Source of the DNA: Burkholderiales bacterium
Lineage (GTDB): Bacteria > Pseudomonadota > Gammaproteobacteria > Burkholderiales > SG8-39
NCBI GenBank assembly: GCA_035316965.1
Contig: DATHHZ010000305.1
Location: 1-24,637, forward strand
Length of the DNA: 24,637 nt
Reading direction: 5' to 3'
Position numbers and translations under genes: made by a program
Shown: positions 1 to 12,461 of the stretch, piece after piece
How the letters are laid out: each line of letters opens with the position of its first letter
Numbering within the stretch: position 1 is the first letter of the stretch
The notes under the pieces: generated by a model
The model's input: only the letters and a program-made list of their open reading frames with translations
Told to the model about the DNA's origin: nothing
Database searches by the model: none

Positions 1-320
1 CTCGTCGCGTAGAGCGTGACCGCGCTCACCATGGGCCCGATGTGTCCCATCACCAGGTTGTAGCCGTCGGGCGGCGATTTGGCGACGACGTCCGTGGGAA
101 TGGTGCCGCCGGCGCCCGCGCGGCTGTCGACGATCACCGGCTGCCCCCAGCGCTCCTGGAGCCGCTGCGCGAGATAACGCGAAAGATAATCGGCGGTGCT
201 GCCCGTGCCCTGCCCGAAGATGCGGATCGTCCTCGAAGGGTAGCTCGCGGCCGGGTCCTGCGCGTGGACGGACGATGCAGCGAGAAGAAATGCTGCGGTG
301 AATACAAATATTTTTTTCAT
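1..320 (-). CDS. Bug/TctC-family tripartite tricarboxylate transporter substrate-binding protein (partial, 3' end runs off window start)
   Basis: Manual translation from ATG at 320: MKKIFVFTAAFLLAASSVHAQDPAASYPSRTIRIFGQGTGSTADYLSRYLAQRLQERWGQPVIVDSRAGAGGTIPTDVVAKSPPDGY. Signal peptide plus typical Bug motifs (YP..TIRI, GQPVIV..RAGAGG, AK..PDGY). Not in the ORF track because it has no stop inside the window. Confidence 0.88.
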   Translation of the reverse strand, partial: MKKIFVFTAAFLLAASSVHAQDPAASYPSRTIRIFGQGTGSTADYLSRYLAQRLQERWGQPVIVDSRAGAGGTIPTDVVAKSPPDGYNLVMGHIGPMVSAVTLYAT

Positions 321-355
321 GTGCCTGCTCATCTCAGTAGTTGCGGCACCGGCAT

Positions 356-542
356 ACCACCCCGGCGCTTCGCGCCACCCCTCCTCATATGAGGAGGGGA
401 AAAATCAGTCGAGCTTCGCGCCACCCCTCCTCAGAGAGGAGGGGAAGGAGAAAATCGCCTTCCGCTCCGCGCCGAGCATTACGATCCCGCTCCGCATCCC
501 CTCCTTACCAAGGAGGGGTGCCGCCGAAGGCGGCGGGGTGGT
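356..542. repeat. REP-like double-hairpin repeat cluster (family A): full unit 356-400 (+), partial unit 413-445 (+), inverted unit 497-542 (-)
   Basis: 356-400 accacccc-ggcgc-ttc-gcgcc-acccctcctc-atat-gaggagggg-a; 413-445 gcttcgcgcc-acccctcctc-aga-gaggagggg-a; 497-542 is the reverse complement with stem gccgcc/ggcggc. Confidence 0.92.
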
Positions 543-546
543 GCAG

Positions 547-1512
547 CTAGTCGAGTTTTGCACCCGCGGCCTTGACGATCTTGGCCCAGTGCGCGAGGTC
601 GGTCTTGATCTGCGCTGCGAATTCTTCCGGAGTGTTTCCTACCGGCTCGATTCCGTCCCTAGCCAGGCGTTCGAGGAAATCCGGCCGCTTGATGACGGCG
701 ACGGAGTCGTCGTGGATCTTTTTCACGATCTCGCGCGGCGTGCCCGCCGGCGCCATGAAGCCGTACCAGGCGGTGATGTCGAAGCCGGGCAGGGTCTCGG
801 CGATCGCGGGAACATCGGGCAGCGCCTTTGCACGCCCGGGGCCCGTGACGGCTAGCGCCTTTAACTTCCCGCTCCGGGTGAGCTGGATCGACGCGGTGAT
901 GCCTCCGAAGATGAGCGGCACCTGGTTGGCGAGCACGTCGGCGATGCCCTGGCCGAATCCCTTGTAGGGCACGTGGATCATGTCCATGCTGCCCGCCATG
1001 GTGCGGATGTATTCCATCGCGAGATGCTGCTGGCCGCCCGCGCCCGAGGACGCGTAGCTCACCTTGCCCGGCTGCGTCTGCACCAGCGCGATCAGCTCCT
1101 TCACGTTGTCCGGCGGAAACGCAGGGTTCGCCATCAGCACGAAGGGGCCCGCGGCGTCGTTGACGACGGGCGCCAGATCGCGCACCGGGTCGTAGGGCAG
1201 CTTCGAATTCAGGTGCGGCGCGATGGTGATGGTCGCGTCCGCCGCGAAGAGCAGGGTGTAGCCGTCGGGAGCCGCCTTCGCGACGTAATCGGTGCCGATC
1301 GTTCCGCACGCGCCGGTGCGGTTCTCGACCACGACCGACTGGTTCCAGACCTTTTGCAGCTCGGCCGACATGACGCGCCCGTAGATGTCGGGCGTGCCGC
1401 CGGGCGGGAAGGTGACGATCACGCGGACGGGCTTGGACGGAAAGCCTTGAGCCCACGCGGCGGACGAAAGAACGGCCAGGACGGCGAGCGCAACTATTGT
1501 TCTCAAGGACAT
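547..1512 (-). CDS. Bug/TctC-family substrate-binding protein (321 aa)
   Basis: C-terminal part of ORF 547..2394. Real start MSLRTIVALAVLAVLSSAAWAQGFPSKPVRVIVTFPPGG (ATG at 1512). Motifs VVVENRTGA.GTIG, PDGYTLL, HVPYKG, GIEPVGNTPEEF. Confidence 0.93.
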   Translation of the reverse strand: MSLRTIVALAVLAVLSSAAWAQGFPSKPVRVIVTFPPGGTPDIYGRVMSAELQKVWNQSVVVENRTGACGTIGTDYVAKAAPDGYTLLFAADATITIAPHLNSKLPYDPVRDLAPVVNDAAGPFVLMANPAFPPDNVKELIALVQTQPGKVSYASSGAGGQQHLAMEYIRTMAGSMDMIHVPYKGFGQGIADVLANQVPLIFGGITASIQLTRSGKLKALAVTGPGRAKALPDVPAIAETLPGFDITAWYGFMAPAGTPREIVKKIHDDSVAVIKRPDFLERLARDGIEPVGNTPEEFAAQIKTDLAHWAKIVKAAGAKLD

Positions 1513-1557
1513 CTCACAACTTCCACCAAAGCACACGGCGAAGGATAGCACCGGAGC

Positions 1558-1710
1558 ACCACCCCGTCGCCTGCGGCGACACCCCTCCTTGAGAAAGGAG
1601 GGGACTGATACCACCCCGCCCCGCTGCGCGGGCACCCCTCCTTGAGAAAGGAGGGGACTAAATACCACCCCGCCCGCTGCGCGGGCACCCCTCCTTGAGA
1701 AAGGAGGGGA
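1558..1710 (+). repeat. Three tandem family A double-hairpin units (1558-1604, 1610-1657, 1664-1710)
   Basis: Each unit reads accacccc-[stem1]-acccctcctt-gaga-aaggagggg-a. Stem1 is gtcgcc/ggcgac in the first and gcccgc/gcgggc in the other two. Spacers are 5-6 nt (ctgat, ctaaat). Confidence 0.93.
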
Positions 1711-1711
1711 T

Positions 1712-1739
1712 AGAAAAGAAAAAGGCGGCCCCTTTTTTT
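1712..1739 (-). terminator. Possible intrinsic terminator of the atp operon
   Basis: On the minus strand, about 65 nt after the atpC stop: aaaaaaagggg-ccg-cctttttcttttct, a short stem (with G.U pairs) followed by a U-rich tract. The stem is weak. Confidence 0.4.
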
Positions 1740-1802
1740 GTTGTTGGGGCCACCTCCGAGCAACAAACTCCGCGCGTTTTTCTTGTTTTGCTGCTTCTCG
1801 CT

Positions 1803-2225
1803 TTATTTTCTCTGGCGGAGCTTGCGGATGGCTGCGAGCTGCGCGGCGAGGGACGCCAGCTCGGCTTCGACGGTCGCGACTTCCTGCTTGTCCTTCGCGC
1901 GGCGCCGCGCTTCCTCGGCGGCCTTCAGGGCCTCGGTCGCCTTGGCCTCGTCGAGGTCGCGGCCGCGGATCGCGGTGTCGGCGAGCACGGTCACCACCTC
2001 GGGTTGCACTTCGAGGATGCCGCCCGCGACGAAGACGAGCTCCTCCTCGCCGCCGCCCGCCGGCTTGATCCTCACCGATCCGGGCTTGATGCGCGTGATG
2101 AGCGGCGCGTGGCGCGGGTAGATGCCGAGCTCGCCCGCTTCGCCGGGGAGCACGACGAACTCGGCCTCGCCCGAGTAGATGCTCGCTTCGGCGCTGACGA
2201 CGTCGACGTGAATCGTGTTTGGCAT
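1803..2225 (-). CDS. atpC: F1Fo ATP synthase epsilon subunit
   Basis: [42 protein letters not shown]...[26 protein letters not shown]; last gene of the atp operon. Confidence 0.97.
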   Translation of the reverse strand: MPNTIHVDVVSAEASIYSGEAEFVVLPGEAGELGIYPRHAPLITRIKPGSVRIKPAGGGEEELVFVAGGILEVQPEVVTVLADTAIRGRDLDEAKATEALKAAEEARRRAKDKQEVATVEAELASLAAQLAAIRKLRQRK

Positions 2226-2245
2226 GTCCGTGTTCTACGTTCCTG

Positions 2246-2291
2246 ACCACCCCGCCCGCTTCCCAGGCGCCCCTCCTTGAAAAGGAGGGGA
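2246..2291 (+). repeat. Single family A unit with degenerate first hairpin, in the atpD-atpC gap
   Basis: accacccc-gcccgc-ttc-ccaggc-gcccctcctt-gaa-aaggagggg-a. Stem1 is mispaired and stem2 is intact. Confidence 0.85.
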
Positions 2292-2302
2292 TGAGGCAGT
2301 CG

Positions 2303-3748
<1,446 letters not shown>

Positions 3749-3783
3749 CTATTGGTGCCTTCCAAATTCAGTTTCCCCTCCCA

Positions 3784-3969
3784 TCCCCTCCTCATCTTGA
3801 GGAGGGGTGCCCGCGAAGCGGGCGGGGTGGTGGAGGGGTGCCTTCGCAGCAGGCGGGGTGGTTTCCCCTCCTCTTTTGAGGAGGGGTGCCTGCGCAGCAG
3901 GCGGGGTGGTCTTGTGCGCCGACCACCACCCCGCGCCTTCGGCGCACCCCTCCTCAAGAGAGGAGGGGA
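3784..3969. repeat. Family A cluster in the atpG-atpD gap: inverted units 3784-3831, 3832-3862 (half unit), 3864-3910; direct unit 3925-3969
   Basis: tcccctcctc-loop-gaggaggggt-[stem1]-ggggtggt repeated, then accacccc-gcgcc-ttc-ggcgc-acccctcctc-aaga-gaggagggg-a. Confidence 0.92.
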
Positions 3970-3993
3970 AGAAAGCGGCACACATCGCTCGAT

Positions 3994-4037
3994 TCATACC
4001 GCCGCCGCTCCTGCGCGCCTCATACCGCCGCCGCTCC
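3994..4037 (-). repeat. 18-bp direct duplication of the last six codons of atpG including the stop
   Basis: tcataccgccgccgctcc occurs at 3994-4011 and 4020-4037, separated by tgcgcgcc. Confidence 0.9.
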
Positions 4038-4883
4038 GCCGACGATCTCGGAGATTTCCTTCGTGATCCCCGCCTGCCGGTTCTTGTTGTAGACGAGCGT
4101 CAGCTCGTCGATCAGGGTCTCGGCGTTGTCGGAGGCGGACTTCATCGCGACCATGCGCGCGCTCTGCTCGGAGGACATGTTCTCGGCGACCGCCTGGAAG
4201 ATGATCGCCTCGATGTAGCGCGTGAGCACCTGCTCTAGCACGACCTTCGCCTCGGGCTCGTAGAGGTAATCCCAATGGCTTGCCGGCGAGCCGAGCCGCT
4301 CGCCCGAGAGCGGCAGCAGCTGCTCCATGACCGGCTCCTGCTTCATGGTGTTGATGAAGCGCGTGTAGAAAAGCAGGAGGCGGTCGAAGCGGTCCTGCGT
4401 GTAGCCGTCGAGCATCACCTTCACCGCGCCGATGAGCTTGTCCATCTGCGGCCGGTCGCCGAGCTGAACGACGTGCGATGCGACGTTCGCGCCCAGGCGC
4501 TGCATGAAGCCGAAGCCCTTGCCGCCGATCGCGCAGACCTCCATTTTCTCGCCCTGCGCTTCCCACTCCTTGTACTTTCCGAGCGCGAGGCGAAGGAGAT
4601 TGGTGTTCAGCGCGCCGCACAGGCCCTTGTCGGTGGTGACGATGATCATCCCGACGCCCTTCACCGTGTCGCGCTCGACGAGGAACGGGTGCCGGTACTC
4701 GGGATTGGCGTGGCTGATGTGCGCGGCGACGTTGCGGATCTTCTCGCCGTAGGGGCGCGAATGGCGCATGCGCTCCTGCGCCTTCCTCATCTTCGAGGCG
4801 GCGACCATCTCCATCGCCTTGGTGATCTTCCGGGTGTTCTGCACACTCCGGATTTTCATCCGTATTTCTTTTGTTCCCGGCAT
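4020..4883 (-). CDS. atpG: F1Fo ATP synthase gamma subunit
   Basis: [79 protein letters not shown]. Confidence 0.98.
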   Translation of the reverse strand: MPGTKEIRMKIRSVQNTRKITKAMEMVAASKMRKAQERMRHSRPYGEKIRNVAAHISHANPEYRHPFLVERDTVKGVGMIIVTTDKGLCGALNTNLLRLALGKYKEWEAQGEKMEVCAIGGKGFGFMQRLGANVASHVVQLGDRPQMDKLIGAVKVMLDGYTQDRFDRLLLFYTRFINTMKQEPVMEQLLPLSGERLGSPASHWDYLYEPEAKVVLEQVLTRYIEAIIFQAVAENMSSEQSARMVAMKSASDNAETLIDELTLVYNKNRQAGITKEISEIVGGAAAV

Positions 4884-4896
4884 CCTGTCCTCTTGT

Positions 4897-4987
4897 CGTC
4901 ACCCCCGCGAAAGCAGGGGCCCAGTATCGTCAAAGTCGCTGGATTCCTCACCCGCTTTCGCGGGTGCTGAAGGCCGCGGGAATGACG
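4897..4987. repeat. CGTC/GACG-bounded palindromic REP-like element (family B) in the atpA-atpG gap
   Basis: cgtcacccccgcgaaagcaggggcccag ... ctggattcc ... gcgggaatgacg. Terminal inverted repeat cgtca/tgacg with internal hairpins; translates to the familiar spurious peptide VTPAKAGAQ...WIP...AGMT. Confidence 0.8.
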
Positions 4988-4990
4988 GTT

Positions 4991-6541
<1,551 letters not shown>

Positions 6542-6564
6542 CGTTGCTCCTGGTCGCTTTTCTG

Positions 6565-6669
6565 TCCCCTCCTCATTTGAGGAGGGGTGGCGCGAAGCGC
6601 CGGGGTGGTCTCGCCGCGTACCACCACCCCCCGCCTGCGGCGGACCCCTCCTCCTGAAAGGAGGAGGGG
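6565..6669. repeat. Head-to-head pair of family A units (6565-6609 inverted, 6623-6669 direct) in the atpH-atpA gap
   Basis: tcccctcctca-tt-tgaggaggggt-ggcgc-gaa-gcgcc-ggggtggt, a 13-nt spacer, then accacccc-ccgcc-tgc-ggcgg-acccctcctcct-gaa-aggaggagggg. Confidence 0.92.
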
Positions 6670-6701
6670 TCACAATGGATCTTCTGCAGCTGCTGCATTC
6701 G

Positions 6702-7238
6702 TCAGGCTTTCAGCGCCGCGGCCATCTCTTCGAGCTTGCCGCGCACCGAGCAGTCGATCACTTCATCGCCGGCCGTGATGCGCACGCCGCCGATCAGCTC
6801 CTTGTCCACGGCGACGCGCGGCTGGACCCGGCGCTTCAAGCGCCGCGAGATGTCCGCGACGAGCCCGTTGATCTGCGCGTTGTCCAGCGGAAAGGCGGTG
6901 CGGATCTCGGCCTCGACCACGCCTTCGAGCTCGTTTTTCAGCTCGATGAACTGCTGGTGGATCTGAGGCAAGAGCGCGAGACGGTCGTTGGCGATCAGCA
7001 CGCGCACGAAGTTCCGCGCGTCGATGGGAAAATCCTCCTTGCACAGCTCCATGAACAGGTCGTAGAGCTGCTTGGCTCCGAGATTGGGGTTCGAGATGCA
7101 CGCGCGCATGTCCGGATGCGCCGCGACCCGCGCCATGATCGCAAGCATGTTCAGCCAGTTCGCGAAAGCGCCCGCGCGCTCGGCGAGGCCGAAGACGGCC
7201 CCGGCGTAGGGTCTGGCGATGGTGGCGGCTTCAGCCAC
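6702..7238 (-). CDS. atpH: F1Fo ATP synthase delta subunit
   Basis: GTG start; [48 protein letters not shown]. Confidence 0.97.
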   Translation of the reverse strand: MAEAATIARPYAGAVFGLAERAGAFANWLNMLAIMARVAAHPDMRACISNPNLGAKQLYDLFMELCKEDFPIDARNFVRVLIANDRLALLPQIHQQFIELKNELEGVVEAEIRTAFPLDNAQINGLVADISRRLKRRVQPRVAVDKELIGGVRITAGDEVIDCSVRGKLEEMAAALKA

Positions 7239-7243
7239 GGCTC

Positions 7244-8831
<1,588 letters not shown>

Positions 8832-8853
8832 TGCGGGAAGCTCTTTCTGAATT

Positions 8854-9210
8854 CTACTTTTCGCGAACCAGTATTGCCATGGTGAAAATCAGGACCGTGG
8901 CGATGAACGTGCCGATCAGCCCGATCGCGACGACGTCCCTGTACGTCGCCAGCACGAACCACAACAGGAGAACCATGAGTACCAGCTTGACGGCCTCGGC
9001 CCTCAAGGTGGTATACAGCGCCTCCCCTGCAGACTTCGATCTACCGCGTGCAGCCAATACCGCAAAAGCCAGGCCGGCGATGATTCCTATCGATCCGCCC
9101 AGTGCGGCGGAGATTGCGCCGTGTATTCCGGCGAGCCAGGCCGACAGCAGGCTTACGGCAGCGGTGCACAAAAACTGCAGCCCGATTATCGGGCGGAATA
9201 CGTGCCACAC
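8854..9210 (-). CDS. atpI: ATP synthase protein I (about 118 aa; alternative TTG start at 9228)
   Basis: Four hydrophobic segments with SAALGG and AE.VK.VL motifs; first gene of the operon. GTG at 9210 is preceded by GGAG at 6 nt spacing. Confidence 0.85.
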   Translation of the reverse strand: MWHVFRPIIGLQFLCTAAVSLLSAWLAGIHGAISAALGGSIGIIAGLAFAVLAARGRSKSAGEALYTTLRAEAVKLVLMVLLLWFVLATYRDVVAIGLIGTFIATVLIFTMAILVREK

Positions 9211-9237
9211 GCCCAGCTCCAGCTGCAAAACCGCAGA

Positions 9238-9267
9238 ATTTTATAGGGAAACCGACGCGGCCGTCAA
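9238..9267 (-). promoter_or_regulatory. sigma70-type promoter of the atp operon
   Basis: Minus strand TTGACG-gccgcgtcggtttccc-TATAAAAT: -35 TTGACG with -10 TATAAA (16 nt spacer) or TAAAAT (18 nt spacer), just upstream of atpI. Confidence 0.7.
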
Positions 9268-9317
9268 ACTCGCGCGGCGAAAAACGGCGCGGATCCGCCG
9301 GAATCGTCCCCCGGGCG

Positions 9318-9812
9318 TCAGATCGGGTAGAGCAGCGAGTCGGGCGGAACGTCCGAATCGAGCACGCACAGTTTTTCCCTGAAGTGGAGGCGCCTTGCGG
9401 TGATCGCGATGCGGTCGTCGTAGATGCCCGAGACGAAGTGCTCGCTGCGCTTCTCGGGGAAGGTGCGCAGGATCTCGAAGTTCGCCTGCACGCGCAACTC
9501 CTCGTCGGAGGCGGCCTGGACGCGGAAGTTCGAGATGAGGTGCCGCTGCGTGTGCGGCTCGTAGTCCTCGGACTGGCCGATCGCGACGATCCTGTCGCGC
9601 ATGGTGGTCCGGGTGGAGAGCGACACGAGATGCTCGTCCGGGCCAAGGCGCAGGTTGCGCCGCGTCGTGACGCGGTAGGTGCAGGAGTCCAGGAAGAACT
9701 CCGGCCACTGCTGCAGCCTGCCGTTGTCCAGGCATTCGGCGTAGCGGGCGTAGAACTCCTGGACGTCGAGCCGCAGCTCTGCGGTCAATACGGCTTTTTC
9801 CGTGACGGGCAT
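9318..9812 (-). CDS. Aromatic-ring-hydroxylating dioxygenase beta (small) subunit-like protein, NTF2/SnoaL fold
   Basis: F.ARYA.CLD.GRL..WPEFF...C.YR, RDRI, RHLISNFRV, V.ANF...RT, SG.Y.D.I, VLDS....LLYPI C-terminus typical of NagH/AndAd-type small subunits. Confidence 0.8.
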   Translation of the reverse strand: MPVTEKAVLTAELRLDVQEFYARYAECLDNGRLQQWPEFFLDSCTYRVTTRRNLRLGPDEHLVSLSTRTTMRDRIVAIGQSEDYEPHTQRHLISNFRVQAASDEELRVQANFEILRTFPEKRSEHFVSGIYDDRIAITARRLHFREKLCVLDSDVPPDSLLYPI

Positions 9813-9866
9813 GGGCTCTCCGATCTCTTCGATACGAGCAACTGCGAGCCGATCAGACGGGGCATT

Positions 9867-10736
9867 TCAGGCGTAATCGGTCGCAATTCGAATGTCGCTT
9901 TCACCTACCCCCTGGACGTACGCATGCAGCAAATCGCCCGGCTTTACCGGGGAGACGCCCGCGGGCGTTCCGGTCATGATGATGTCCCCCGGATGCAGCG
10001 TGTACATCGCCGAGGCGAACTCGATCAGCCGCTCGACGTCGTAGACGAGATACTTCGTGTTCGAATTCTGTCGCAGCTCGCCGTTCACCCTGATCGAGAG
10101 ATCGAGGTCGTTGGGATCGCCGATCTCGTCGGCGGTCGCGAGCCAGGGCCCGAGCACGCTGTAGGTATCGATCGACTTGCGGAAGCACTGCAGCTCCGGC
10201 CCGCGCACGGTCATGTCCAGGCCGATCGAGTAGGCGCAGACGTACTCGAGCGCCTTTTCCCTGGGGATCTTGTTGCCGCGCTTGCCGATCACGAGCGCGA
10301 GCTCGACCTCGTGATCGTTGCGGCGGTCGGGCCAGCGCAGGCGAATCTCCTCGCCGAAGCCGATCAGCGAGGAATTCGCCTTGAGGAATAGGCCCCAGTC
10401 GCCGATGCCCTTCTGGATGTTGGTGCGCCCGTGCGCGATTCCCGGGTCCTTGATCGATTCGGCGATGTGGTCGTTGTAGTTGATCGGCGCGCCGATGATT
10501 TTTCCGGGGTTGGGAACGGGGGCGCGGAGCCTCACTTTCGCGAGCGGCTTTCTCTTCGCACTGGGCGCGAGTTTCTTCGCCGCAGCGAGAACGCGCTTGA
10601 AGTTCAGGATCAGGGGATCGCCTTGCGGGATCGGCCAGCCCGGCCGCGGAATGACCGACAAGGCCTTGCTCACGTCCAGAACCTCGTCGCCTTCCACGAT
10701 GCCCAGGCGGTTGTTGTCGTAGCGGCAGAGTTTCAT
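9867..10736 (-). CDS. Fumarylacetoacetate hydrolase (FAH) family protein (289 aa)
   Basis: Start MKLCRYDNNRLG at 10736. PGKIIGAPINY.DH, LFLK, DHEVELALVIGK, GLDMT.R, L.PGDII.TGTPAGV. Confidence 0.92.
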   Translation of the reverse strand: MKLCRYDNNRLGIVEGDEVLDVSKALSVIPRPGWPIPQGDPLILNFKRVLAAAKKLAPSAKRKPLAKVRLRAPVPNPGKIIGAPINYNDHIAESIKDPGIAHGRTNIQKGIGDWGLFLKANSSLIGFGEEIRLRWPDRRNDHEVELALVIGKRGNKIPREKALEYVCAYSIGLDMTVRGPELQCFRKSIDTYSVLGPWLATADEIGDPNDLDLSIRVNGELRQNSNTKYLVYDVERLIEFASAMYTLHPGDIIMTGTPAGVSPVKPGDLLHAYVQGVGESDIRIATDYA

Positions 10737-10743
10737 TTTCCGT

Positions 10744-11952
10744 TCATAGCGTCGGGTTGTTGACCTCGCCGCCGAGCGCGACCAGGCCCCAGCCGGAGGC
10801 CTGCGCATCGAAGCTGAAGCTGATATGGCCGGCGAGCGAATGCGCGTCGCGGAAGACGCGCTCGAGCGGAGTGGTCTCGTAGATGCCGTTCGCGCCGGCC
10901 ATCGCGTGGAGGGCGTCCACCGCCTCGGTGCACAGGTTCACCGCGTAGGCGAGATTGCGCTTGAAGCGAAGCTTCGTCTGGACGTCGGCGATGAGGTTGC
11001 GGTTTGCAATTCTCTGCGCTTCGAGGCAATCCTCGCGGAGGATGAGGCGCGCGGCGTCGATTTTCGCGCCCGCCGCGCCCACGCGCAGCTGCACCGCCTG
11101 GAAATCGCGCATCTTCGCTCCGGTGTAATTGGTGCTTCGCTCCTTGACGGAGGCTATCGTCGATTCGAGCGCGGCCTGGGCGTTGCCCACCGCGCAGGCG
11201 CCGATGCCGTGCCCGCCGAGCGCCGAGAGCGGCACGCGGTAGGCCGGGTTCGGGTTGGTCTTCGCGCCGGGGAATTTGTCGCCGCCGCGCGCGTCCAGCA
11301 TGCCGAGCGCCTTGTACTCGGGAACGAAAACGTCCTTGGCGACGACGCTCATGCTGCCCGTGGCGCGCATCCCGAGCACCTGCCAGTCGTCGATCACCTC
11401 GTACTGCGACTTGTGCAGCAGGCACATGCGGTAGTCGACCGCGCGATCGCCGTCGCGCACCGTGACGGCGAGCATGTTCCATTCGGCGATGTTGGAGCAG
11501 CTCGAGAAATTCCACTTTCCGCCGATGAGGTAGCCGCCCTCGACTTTCTTCGCGCGCCCCTGCGGAAAGGCGATGCCGGATGCGATCAGCGCTTCGGGAT
11601 CCGCGCCCCACACTTCTTCCTGCGCGCGCTCCTCGTACATCGCCAGCATCCAGTGGTGCACCTGGAGATTGCCGAAATTCCAGGCGGTCGAAGCGCAGCC
11701 GCGCGCGAGCTCGTAGCAGAAGTCGACGTAAGCGATGAAATCGAACTCCATGCCGCCCCAGCGCCTGGGCTGCATCGAGCGAAGGATCCCGCTCGCGTGC
11801 AGCTCGGCGATCGTCTCGGGCGGCATCACGCGAGCCTTCTCGGCCTCGGCCGCCCGGCTGCGCAGCGCGGGCACGAGCGCCCGCGCGCGCGCGATCGCCT
11901 CCTCGTAGGAGACGCCGGCGAAGCTGCGAGCGCCCGGGTGGGGAGCGTTCAT
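10744..11952 (-). CDS. Group D two-component flavin-dependent monooxygenase, oxygenase component (acyl-CoA dehydrogenase fold, HsaA/C2-HpaH-like)
   Basis: ARALVPALRSRA..AE..R.MP.ET...L..SG..R..QPRRWGG, C.STAW, G.W.FSSC, DDW.VLGMRATGS, LERVFRD.H. Confidence 0.87.
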   Translation of the reverse strand: MNAPHPGARSFAGVSYEEAIARARALVPALRSRAAEAEKARVMPPETIAELHASGILRSMQPRRWGGMEFDFIAYVDFCYELARGCASTAWNFGNLQVHHWMLAMYEERAQEEVWGADPEALIASGIAFPQGRAKKVEGGYLIGGKWNFSSCSNIAEWNMLAVTVRDGDRAVDYRMCLLHKSQYEVIDDWQVLGMRATGSMSVVAKDVFVPEYKALGMLDARGGDKFPGAKTNPNPAYRVPLSALGGHGIGACAVGNAQAALESTIASVKERSTNYTGAKMRDFQAVQLRVGAAGAKIDAARLILREDCLEAQRIANRNLIADVQTKLRFKRNLAYAVNLCTEAVDALHAMAGANGIYETTPLERVFRDAHSLAGHISFSFDAQASGWGLVALGGEVNNPTL

Positions 11953-12461
11953 TACGCGGCGACCTTGGCCTTCGTCGTTTTTTTCTTCGACGCTTCCTTC
12001 GACTGAGCGCGCGGCATCTTCGAGTAGTCCTCGCCGCCCCAGTCCGGCGCTTTCGTGACGCCGAAGAAGTTGAGCTCGATGGTGAGTCCGTCCGGATCCT
12101 TGATGAAGAGCTGGTAGAGCTGCGACTCGGGGAAATTCCGCGGCCGGCAGGGAACGCCGACCGCCTTCAAGTGCTTGACGAATTTTTCGGGGTCGGTCGC
12201 GAGGAAGGCGACGTGGTCGATCACCCCGGAGTTGTCCTTCGCGGCGTTTTTCGGGCTGCCGAGGTAGTAGAGCTCGGAGTTCGGCACGCCGGCCTGCGCC
12301 ATGTGCACCTGGATCTTGCCGTCAACGCCCAGCCAGTAGCCGGGAAACGGAAAGTCGGGGCGCGGCATGACTTCGAACCCGAGCACCTTGCAGTAGAAGT
12401 CCTTGGTGCGCTCGAGCTTGTTCGCGCGAATGAGAAAGTGGTTGAGTTCGGTGACGGGCAT
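11952..12461 (-). CDS. VOC (glyoxalase/bleomycin resistance/extradiol dioxygenase) family protein (169 aa)
   Basis: Start MPVTELNHFLIR at 12461 with AGGAG RBS. FY..VLGF, IQVHM, IDHVAF, DPDG..IELNF give His/His/His/Glu metal positions. TAATG overlap with the downstream monooxygenase. Confidence 0.9.
   Translation of the reverse strand: MPVTELNHFLIRANKLERTKDFYCKVLGFEVMPRPDFPFPGYWLGVDGKIQVHMAQAGVPNSELYYLGSPKNAAKDNSGVIDHVAFLATDPEKFVKHLKAVGVPCRPRNFPESQLYQLFIKDPDGLTIELNFFGVTKAPDWGGEDYSKMPRAQSKEASKKKTTKAKVAA

Noticed and set aside
1558-1710. Possible mini CRISPR array
   Set aside because: Repeats of about 47 bp have only 5-6 nt spacers, the same unit is dispersed in both orientations elsewhere, and there are no cas genes.
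3800-3910. G-quadruplex potential of GGAGGGG/GGGG runs in the repeats
   Set aside because: The G runs are already paired in strong Watson-Crick hairpins, and the covariation supports those stems instead.
6542-6673. N-terminal extension of AtpA ([10 protein letters not shown]...[14 protein letters not shown])
   Set aside because: It is a translation of two family A repeats. The conserved AtpA start with RBS is at 6541.
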